Positions 37,546 through 44,337 of a stretch of 55,260 bases of DNA are shown one piece after another. Within the stretch, counting starts at the first letter, position 1. Each line of letters begins with the position of its first letter. The notes beneath the pieces were generated by a model. The model had not been told where the DNA came from. It did not search any database and saw only the letters and a list, made by a program, of their open reading frames with translations. The stretch is from contig JBHIEI010000001.1 in assembly GCA_046760555.1 (NCBI GenBank), forward strand, positions 1-55,260, read 5' to 3'. The translations under genes and the position numbers were made by a program. Source of the DNA: Candidatus Bathyarchaeia archaeon. GTDB taxonomy: Archaea > Thermoproteota > Bathyarchaeia > JBHIEI01.

Positions 37546-37842
37546 TTGGCGGAAAAGGAAATTGAAGTAACCGTCAAATCGAGTAAAAAACTCAAAGAGG
37601 ATTCTGCCATAGTGAGCAAAGCAACGCTGGACGAACTTGGCGCTAAAAGCAGGGAGGACATCGAGCTCATCACGCCAGAGAGGAGCTGGACCGTCACTGT
37701 TGACGTCGGCGACATCCCCGCGGGTGAGGTTCACGTCTCACCCGAGGTCCTTACGATGAGGCTGGCTGTCGACGAAGGCACCAAGGTACACGCTGTCAGA
37801 ATCGTTCCGACGGCTGAGGAGGAGTACGTGCCGCCGCCATAG
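37546..37842 (+). CDS. paralogue of 36991-37311 (Cdc48-N-like small protein)
   Basis: 98 aa with a TTG start and the same two-half pattern (IVSKATLDELGAKSREDIELIT; GEVHVSPEVLTMRLAVDEGTKVHA). Ends 8 nt before the oxidoreductase gamma gene. Confidence 0.45.
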   Translation: MAEKEIEVTVKSSKKLKEDSAIVSKATLDELGAKSREDIELITPERSWTVTVDVGDIPAGEVHVSPEVLTMRLAVDEGTKVHAVRIVPTAEEEYVPPP

Positions 37843-37850
37843 GTGATGCG

Positions 37851-38465
37851 ATGGGAGTAAGATACGTAGAGGTTAATGGAAGAGGAGTTGACCACACCCC
37901 TTATCTTCGAGCGATCACGCTATTGCTCTGCGATGCAGCCGAACGGGACGGAAAATCGACCATCTCCTTCGAGAGGTACGGCGATGCTCCTGACAGGGTG
38001 GGCATCCCCATGAAGTCCTTCGCCCTCGTAGGAGACACCTGGGAGGATCTGGAGGGCGACGCTTTGCTCTACGACCCGCCGTATGCGGACGCTGCGGTTC
38101 TCATAGATGCGACATCGATTAAGGGGAACGAGCCCTGGGGATTCGAGGGATTGGTCTTAGCCACCGATCCTCTGAAGGAAGGCTCCACCCTAATCGTAAA
38201 TTCCCCAGAGAATCCGGATTTCTTCCTTAGGTACCTACCTAAGGTGGACTTCAAATACAAAATCGCCACTATCGACGCATATGGGATCGATCCGCTCATC
38301 CCGGTCCCTCTAGCAGGTGCCGTTGGCAAGGTACTACCCGATCTCGTAACCTACCAGTCGCTGGAGGCGGCTGTCAGGGACCGATACAAGGTGGTCGCCG
38401 ATAGGGAGGCCGCGAACCTGAAGAAGGCAACTCAAAGCGTAAAGATATCGGAGGTGCTGCCATGA
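37851..38465 (+). CDS. 2-oxoacid:ferredoxin oxidoreductase gamma subunit-like (divergent)
   Basis: 204 aa. Its position and length fit PorG/VorG, but the canonical GRGGQG reads GRGVDH. Overlaps delta by 4 nt. Confidence 0.55.
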   Translation: MGVRYVEVNGRGVDHTPYLRAITLLLCDAAERDGKSTISFERYGDAPDRVGIPMKSFALVGDTWEDLEGDALLYDPPYADAAVLIDATSIKGNEPWGFEGLVLATDPLKEGSTLIVNSPENPDFFLRYLPKVDFKYKIATIDAYGIDPLIPVPLAGAVGKVLPDLVTYQSLEAAVRDRYKVVADREAANLKKATQSVKISEVLP

Positions 38466-38860
38466 GCAAGAAAGAATGGAAAGCTCCCTTGGAGAAGAAG
38501 AAACACGAGGTTCCATACAGAGTCGGTGCGTACGGACTTCCGGGATGGAAGAAAATGGGGCTAGGACCCGGAACAGGCATCGCAAACGTGATTCCGGCCG
38601 TGCCATTCGGCCAAGGGAATCCCTCCTTCAAGACGGGCAGCACACGAACGCAAAGACCGATCACCGACACCGAAAAGTGCAACCTGGACAAGCTCTGCTG
38701 GCTCTACTGCCCCGACGGGGCACGAAGTCCGGACCCCGACACTTACTTCGCGGTGGACCTGGACTACTGCAAGGGCTGCGGGGTCTGCGCCGCGGTTTGT
38801 CCCGAGAAGGCGATCACGATGCAGGATGAGTTGAAGTGGACGACGTGGGGTGAGAAATAA
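38462..38860 (+). CDS. porD: 2-oxoacid:ferredoxin oxidoreductase delta subunit (ferredoxin-like)
   Basis: 132 aa. One complete CKGCGVCAAVCP motif and one CNLDKLCWLYCP motif, where Asp sits at the second Cys position. Confidence 0.75.
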   Translation: MSKKEWKAPLEKKKHEVPYRVGAYGLPGWKKMGLGPGTGIANVIPAVPFGQGNPSFKTGSTRTQRPITDTEKCNLDKLCWLYCPDGARSPDPDTYFAVDLDYCKGCGVCAAVCPEKAITMQDELKWTTWGEK

Positions 38861-38861
38861 A

Positions 38862-40049
38862 ATGCCAAGAAGAGAAATCCTAACAGGTTCAGGGGCGGTC
38901 GCTTTCGCCGTTAAGATGGCCGATGTCGATGTGGTAGCGTCCTACCCGATCCGACCGTACACGGGGGTCATGAACTGGCTATCAAAGTTCATCGCTGATG
39001 GAGAGCTTGACGCTGAGATCATGTACGCCGACTCGGAGCATTCCCAGTTTGAGATTGTCAAGCACGCCTCAGCTGCAGGTGCACGAACCTTCGTCGGAAG
39101 CTCAGGGGTTGGGATCGAGTTCGCCATGGAGCCAATAGTCATCATCCCGAGCAACAGACTTCCTGTTGTGGCCATGATCGCGAACCGGATGCTCGACGAT
39201 CCCGGTTCCTTCGGTACGGAGCACAACGAGTCACTCGCCATCAGAGATCTTGGCTGGATGCTGCGCTGGCCCGAGAGCGCGCAAGAGGCACTTGACTTCA
39301 CACTTATCGCCTACAGGGTTTCCGAGGACCACAGGGTGCTTTTACCCTCGGGTCTATGCTGTGAGGGCAACTTCGTTACGCACCACCGTTTCAGTGTCGA
39401 GATACCTGATCAGGAACAGGTGGACGAGTTCCTCCCGCCGCTAGACCTGCCGCATGCACTGCACCCGGATCATCCATGGACGATCGCCCCTCAGGTCGAC
39501 GACCGATTCGGGTTTGAGATCAGGAGACAGCACACGGAGGGTATGAGGAATGCCAAAAAGGTCTATGCAGAAGCCCACAAGGACTTCGCCCGAATCTTCG
39601 GAAGAAACGAAGAGCCGTTCCTCGATGAATACATGACCGAAGACGCGGACCTCGCCTTCGTGTCTTGGGGTGGCACATGCACAGTGGCAAGGGCGGCCGT
39701 TCGTTCGTTGAGAAAGGAAGGTCTGAAGATTGGCTTGGTGAGGATGAAAGTCACCATCCCCTTCCCAGACGCCGAACTACAAAAGAGCCTCGCCCGGTTC
39801 AAGGCGGTAGCAACCCTAGACTGCAACTTCCCATCCGGTTCACCTCACGACGGAGGTGTGCTATTCAGGGAGGCCAGAGCGAGCATGTACGAGGTTCCCG
39901 AAAGACCTCACCTCATCGGTGCCCTAGTGGGCCTCGGTGGTCGGACGGTCTTCGTGGACGACCTAAAGGTGATCGGCAGAGAGCTAGCCAAGGTCGCGAA
40001 GGAGGATAAGGTGACGCGAGATACCATGTTCGTTGGAGTGAGGGAGTGA
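38862..40049 (+). CDS. porA: 2-oxoacid (pyruvate/ketoisovalerate):ferredoxin oxidoreductase alpha subunit
   Basis: Start taken at the ATG 1 nt after the delta stop. GSGAVAFAVKMADVDVVASYPIRPYT matches the POR alpha N-terminus. Confidence 0.85.
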   Translation: MPRREILTGSGAVAFAVKMADVDVVASYPIRPYTGVMNWLSKFIADGELDAEIMYADSEHSQFEIVKHASAAGARTFVGSSGVGIEFAMEPIVIIPSNRLPVVAMIANRMLDDPGSFGTEHNESLAIRDLGWMLRWPESAQEALDFTLIAYRVSEDHRVLLPSGLCCEGNFVTHHRFSVEIPDQEQVDEFLPPLDLPHALHPDHPWTIAPQVDDRFGFEIRRQHTEGMRNAKKVYAEAHKDFARIFGRNEEPFLDEYMTEDADLAFVSWGGTCTVARAAVRSLRKEGLKIGLVRMKVTIPFPDAELQKSLARFKAVATLDCNFPSGSPHDGGVLFREARASMYEVPERPHLIGALVGLGGRTVFVDDLKVIGRELAKVAKEDKVTRDTMFVGVRE

Positions 40050-40984
40050 AAATGTCGACGTTATGGCCTAAGGTTGAGATAAGGTACATAGGTGAGGTTC
40101 CAACTGACGAGTACTACGCGAAGGGTCACAGGACGTGCCGGGGCTGCGGTCCGGCGCTCTGTATGAGGTACATAGCTCTGGCGGCTGGTCCGAGGACGAT
40201 CCAGTTCAACGCCACGGGCTGCATGTACGTCGCCAACACGAGCTACTGGACCACACCGTGGGTGTATCCCTGGATGCACACGCAACTCGGAGCCTTCGGC
40301 TCCACCGGAACCGGAACGGCAGCAGCCCTCAAAGCACTGATGCGAAAGGGTAAGATCAAGAAGGAAGAGATCAACGTGGTCAGCTGCGCGGGCGATGGCG
40401 GAGGCGCGGACATCGGGTTCGGTCCGCTATCTGGCGCCTTTGACATGGGCTACGATGCGCTCTGGGTGATCTACGACAACGAGTCCTACGCGAACACGGG
40501 CATCCAGGCCTCGAGCCTAACGCCTTGGGGTGCATGGACCACGTTCACCCCACCGGGCAAGATGCTCAGGCTTGGGAACGTCAGGTACAAGAAGGACGTG
40601 GCCAGAATCGCAGCCGCGCATCAGATACCTTACGTGGCAACGGCCTGCCCCTCCTACCCATACGACTTCATGACGAAGATCCGGAAGGGGCTGGCGGCCA
40701 AGGGTCCAGGCTTCGTCCACATCCTCGCCCCCTGCCCCAAGGGCTGGCTGTTCCCAGCATCCCAGCTGATCGAGGTGGGGAAGAGGGCTGTGGAATCCGG
40801 CATCTGGGTCCTATACGAGGTCGAGGCAGGCAAGTTCAAGATAACCTACAAGCCCAAGAAGAAGATTCCGGTTAAGGACTACATACGGATGCAGGGACGC
40901 TTTAAGCACCTAAGGGACATGGACATTCGCTACATCCAAGAGAGGACCGACACAGCGGCCGAGGAAATAGGCCTCTGGAAATAG
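40046..40984 (+). CDS. porB: 2-oxoacid:ferredoxin oxidoreductase beta subunit (TPP-binding)
   Basis: 312 aa with CRGCGPAL and GDGGGADIG...NESYANTG TPP/Fe-S motifs. Overlaps alpha by 4 nt. Confidence 0.88.
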   Translation: MKMSTLWPKVEIRYIGEVPTDEYYAKGHRTCRGCGPALCMRYIALAAGPRTIQFNATGCMYVANTSYWTTPWVYPWMHTQLGAFGSTGTGTAAALKALMRKGKIKKEEINVVSCAGDGGGADIGFGPLSGAFDMGYDALWVIYDNESYANTGIQASSLTPWGAWTTFTPPGKMLRLGNVRYKKDVARIAAAHQIPYVATACPSYPYDFMTKIRKGLAAKGPGFVHILAPCPKGWLFPASQLIEVGKRAVESGIWVLYEVEAGKFKITYKPKKKIPVKDYIRMQGRFKHLRDMDIRYIQERTDTAAEEIGLWK

Positions 40985-41005
40985 ACACCAAACCCAAGAT
41001 CTGAC

Positions 41006-41026
41006 GGTTAGGGGCTACCCCTAACC
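41006..41026. terminator. perfect 9-bp hairpin between convergent operons
   Basis: GGTTAGGGG-cta-CCCCTAACC. It lies 22 nt after the porB stop and about 110 nt after the stop of the 41-codon ORF. Its function as a terminator is inferred. Confidence 0.4.
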
Positions 41027-41134
41027 CCAAAGACCGTGCAGAGTCGTAGATTTCAGTCCGAATACATAAAAAAGCTAGGGTTGGTTACGCTTCTAAGACT
41101 CTAACTTCATAAGATCGGTACGGAAAATCCTTCG

Positions 41135-41260
41135 TTACTCTCCAGAAGGGGCAACAACCTGTGTGTGCTCTTTCTTCACCTTCCTCTTCTTACCCTTTAT
41201 TACAGGCTTCTTAAAGATGGGAAAGCGAGGCTTGCTCTCTTTCTGCCCACGCCTGCTCAT
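41135..41260 (-). CDS. 41-aa basic low-complexity peptide ending Ser-Gly-Glu; candidate Pup-like modifier or substrate
   Basis: Not in the ORF track (under 60 aa). The ATG at 41260 is 1 nt after the upstream TAA (TAAgATG), with GGAGG 10 nt upstream. Translation is MSRRGQKESKPRFPIFKKPVIKGKKRKVKKEHTQVVAPSGE, with the stop at 41135-41137. Confidence 0.5.
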   Translation of the reverse strand: MSRRGQKESKPRFPIFKKPVIKGKKRKVKKEHTQVVAPSGE

Positions 41261-41261
41261 C

Positions 41262-42872
41262 TTACTTCTTCCTCCCCAATTCCGTCAATAGCTCACCCGC
41301 GGAACTCGCCTTCTCAACTAGTTCTCGGCTCTCTTGCTTATTTAGATCGAAGGGCTCTGGGAGTTCTATCACTTCCCCCTCGAAATACACCTTCCACCAG
41401 GATATCTTGCGTATATCGTTTGGAAATTTTTTCAATACGGAGCTTCTGAAGTATTCTCTTGTATCGCTTGGTCCTTCCGTCAGTCCAGTCTGGATTCTAT
41501 CTATAAGTCTGTCCCAGTCGGGGATTGGTGCAGCGTCTTTAGCGAAGGCTAGCGACTCTCTGGGATCAAATCTGGAATCGCACTCATCGAAATTTACGCC
41601 CTTTCCAACGTAGAATTCGACGCAATCGTCGACAAGGCTGAACTCGTTACACAAACCTATCGCCTCCATTGTTGTCGACGGTTCGTACTCGACCACTAAC
41701 AACTTCTTCGTTATCCAATCTATTCCATTGAACAGGTATTCCAGACTTCTCTCGCTCAGTTTCTGGACCGTGGCCTTCAGGATGTCAAGAGCCATCTTAT
41801 CTTGGGCACTGGCTTCTTCTTGGCTCACCATCTCCTCGATCTTCGCCAGATAGAAACCATCTAGGATCTCTGATACGCAGTCCACCCTTCTCCCATCCGC
41901 TAGTTCCACCCTCCAATTGTAATCCTCAGTGTCCAGGGAGACTTCCATAGCCGAGTTTAGGGGATCCCGTAGCCGTGGTGCATCGTCGAGTAATCCCCTC
42001 TCAAACGCACACATCACGAAAACCTGTAGCACATCCCTCACGAAGATGTGGAACTCGTTCCTCGCGGCCTCCCAATTTATGTCGTGGAGCCTCCAGTACT
42101 TCTCCGGATTGGCGTGAGGCTCATCTCTCAGGTTAAGAATCCCCCGCATGAGGCTCGTGTCAAGAGCGGAGATTCTTTTGAGGAAAGCCGATCTCGGCGA
42201 GATCGTAAATACCGCCGAATTCCCCGCGACTGTAGGCGCTCCCAGATGGGGGAAGACGAATTCCAGTTTTTTACCCTCCTTCGTGCATGTCACGTATTCC
42301 CCTCCACCGATCAGGGGTATGCGAGAGACCATGTACGGAACCAAGGCCCTTTCCACCTCATCCCACCTGTCGATGTTGCACACCCTTCTATCGAGACTTA
42401 TACAGCTGTGGGTGCCGTATGTTACGGATTCGAACCTACCGTCACTAACGGTGGTGGACACGTTGTTCTTGTAGGCGAAGACCCTGCGAAACTCCTTCTC
42501 GGTAGCCTTTGCTCCCCAGTAGGCGAATATTTCGCCAACCTTGTCGTAGACCACGGCGTCAAATGGGGTCCGATAGGCGGGAGTGGACACCTCAAAGTGT
42601 TCCGCATCGTTGTAGACCCTCGATCCGTTCAGAGCAGCCTCGAAGGGACCCACCGGTGCCATCCAGAGCGCCGGTAACCCCTGCTCGTACTCTAGGTTCC
42701 CAATTTCATCGTCGATGCTCCAATCGACCTCGCTGATGTATCCCTGTTCCTTCAGCCCCATTATGGCGGAGCTGATTACGCGGTTCCTCAGTATGCTACT
42801 CGTGAGGGAAGGGTGCGTGTCGATAGCGTACTCGTACTCTATGCCACGGATTCTGCCGTCGATGAATCCCAT
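41262..42872 (-). CDS. PafA/Dop-family (Pup ligase/deamidase fold) protein, larger divergent paralogue
   Basis: 536 aa. Family landmarks GIEYEYAI, LNGSRVYNDAEHFEVSTP, FAYKNN...TYGTHSCIS, NLRDEPHANPEKYWRLH, LRDPLNSAMEVS and IDWITKKLL are collinear with actinobacterial PafA/Dop. Confidence 0.8.
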   Translation of the reverse strand: MGFIDGRIRGIEYEYAIDTHPSLTSSILRNRVISSAIMGLKEQGYISEVDWSIDDEIGNLEYEQGLPALWMAPVGPFEAALNGSRVYNDAEHFEVSTPAYRTPFDAVVYDKVGEIFAYWGAKATEKEFRRVFAYKNNVSTTVSDGRFESVTYGTHSCISLDRRVCNIDRWDEVERALVPYMVSRIPLIGGGEYVTCTKEGKKLEFVFPHLGAPTVAGNSAVFTISPRSAFLKRISALDTSLMRGILNLRDEPHANPEKYWRLHDINWEAARNEFHIFVRDVLQVFVMCAFERGLLDDAPRLRDPLNSAMEVSLDTEDYNWRVELADGRRVDCVSEILDGFYLAKIEEMVSQEEASAQDKMALDILKATVQKLSERSLEYLFNGIDWITKKLLVVEYEPSTTMEAIGLCNEFSLVDDCVEFYVGKGVNFDECDSRFDPRESLAFAKDAAPIPDWDRLIDRIQTGLTEGPSDTREYFRSSVLKKFPNDIRKISWWKVYFEGEVIELPEPFDLNKQESRELVEKASSAGELLTELGRKK

Positions 42873-42881
42873 GCTAACGTA

Positions 42882-44294
42882 CTAGATCGAGTCCCTCACT
42901 ATTTTAACTTCCTTCTCTATCTTCTTCCAGTCCCACCCATCCAATACCGAGTAAAGAAATTGTTTTCCGGCAATGGTGACCCCCTCCCAGCTGATGTCGT
43001 CCAGTCTATCTCTGAACCGACTCGCAAGAGTGACCCTCAGCTCTGCCCTAGAACCCCTTGGGGGTTGAAAAACCGCCTCTGAGATAGATTCATCGCTTAC
43101 CACTCTCCTTATCCCAAGTTCTTCCTCCAGTTCGTCAAACAGGGACTCGGTCACGGCCATGTATTGGAAGTTCGCGGCCTCCCTCTTCTCTTCATCGCTT
43201 ATCCCACTCTCGAACTCAAAGAAATCGTCGACCCTCTCCTCTATCAGGCCGAGCTTAATAGCCCATTCGACTCTCTTGTCAAGTTCCTCGAAACGGCCTT
43301 CCTCAAGTTTTGTTGAGATGTCCTTGAGCTCATTGAAGGCGAGTCTATCGTGGTCCTTGGTCTCGCCCTCCTCGAGAAGAGCCTCGATCGGAGCGATGTA
43401 GTAAGACTCCAGGTACTCTATAGCATCCATGCGCTCCCCATTTTCCAAGGTGACCTTCCAGTCCCCTGCAACGTTTTTTGATATCCTCCTCGTCTCCGCA
43501 ACGGGATCCCTCAGCTTGGGTACATTCTGGATGAAACCCCTCTCTATACCGAGGATCACGTAGGAAGTAATGCTGTGCCTAAGAAACGTCGTTAACTGTG
43601 AGCGGGTACCCTCCCCGTTCACCACCTGACACCTGTAGTACTTCGTCCCCGCCAGGGGCTCGTCCCTTGTGGAGATCATCGGCCACACCTCAAAGATCTC
43701 CTTGGAGTAGAGGCCCCTTACGAACATCTGTCGGGGGGATAGAACAAACTGCCCCCTGTAATACCCGCCAGCGCCACAGAAGAGCTGACGACAGGTGAGG
43801 AATGGGATCAAGAGATCTGTTTTTTCGGCGAAGAGCGATCTCTCAGTCAGATAGTTCTCATGTGTCCCTCGCGTGGCATACTTTCTCGACTCCGGCTCGG
43901 CCATCGTAATGCTGGTCTTGTAGATGTGCACCCTCTTACCGATCTTCTCCTCCAACCGCCGAGAAGCGAGGTACGCGTATATCTCGGAAGCCTTGTCGTA
44001 GGCTACGAGTTCTAGGGCATTTCTGCATTCGGGAGTCGTGATCTCGAAGATGTCGTATATCCCTGGGCGGGTCCCTATGTCCCCATAGGCCCTTCCCCCG
44101 TTCCTCAGGAACTGGCAGGGGTTCCCCTTCCGGTTGAACAGAAAAGCCGGTCCAGAGAAATCGCCCGAAAATCGGTACTCGCCCAGGGCATCCAACAGGT
44201 CATTCACATAGGTCAAGCCAGGAGCTTTGAAGGGGACCCCGTATTCGATCTCTCCTCCTTGCCACATGTCCAACGTCGGCTTCATGGCAGGCAT
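42882..44294 (-). CDS. PafA/Dop-family protein, PafA-like paralogue
   Basis: 470 aa. GGEIEYGV, FLRNGGRAYGD, HIYKTS...RGTHENYL, LIPFLTCRQLFCGAG, ISTRDEPLAGTKYYRCQ, LRDPVAETRRIS, VEWAIKLGL and FQPPRGSRAELR match PafA (GIETEFG, FLRNGARLYLD, LFKNN..GCHENYL, LLPFLVTRQLICGAG, NTRDEPHADAEKYRRLH, IDWVIKRKL, QPPQTTRA). Confidence 0.85.
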   Translation of the reverse strand: MPAMKPTLDMWQGGEIEYGVPFKAPGLTYVNDLLDALGEYRFSGDFSGPAFLFNRKGNPCQFLRNGGRAYGDIGTRPGIYDIFEITTPECRNALELVAYDKASEIYAYLASRRLEEKIGKRVHIYKTSITMAEPESRKYATRGTHENYLTERSLFAEKTDLLIPFLTCRQLFCGAGGYYRGQFVLSPRQMFVRGLYSKEIFEVWPMISTRDEPLAGTKYYRCQVVNGEGTRSQLTTFLRHSITSYVILGIERGFIQNVPKLRDPVAETRRISKNVAGDWKVTLENGERMDAIEYLESYYIAPIEALLEEGETKDHDRLAFNELKDISTKLEEGRFEELDKRVEWAIKLGLIEERVDDFFEFESGISDEEKREAANFQYMAVTESLFDELEEELGIRRVVSDESISEAVFQPPRGSRAELRVTLASRFRDRLDDISWEGVTIAGKQFLYSVLDGWDWKKIEKEVKIVRDSI

Positions 44295-44337
44295 GGGGTC
44301 AAGAACCTTTTTAGCACCCTAGTATAAAGCTTACCAG

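Noticed and set aside
38476-40875. Alternative-frame ORFs within the oxidoreductase genes (38476-38829, 39665-40009, 40525-40875)
   Set aside because: They are Arg/Gly/Pro-rich out-of-frame readings of genes whose annotated frames carry the TPP and Fe-S motifs.
41165-41449. 94-aa plus-strand ORF overlapping the small-peptide ORF and the end of the Dop-like gene
   Set aside because: It is antisense to two coupled minus-strand genes. Its sequence is Leu/Ser/Pro-rich, typical of a shadow frame.
42426-42436. GGATTCGAACC, the reverse complement of a tRNA T-loop consensus, on the plus strand
   Set aside because: It lies inside the well-supported PafA/Dop-like coding frame. The flanks do not form a T-stem, acceptor stem or anticodon arm on the minus strand.
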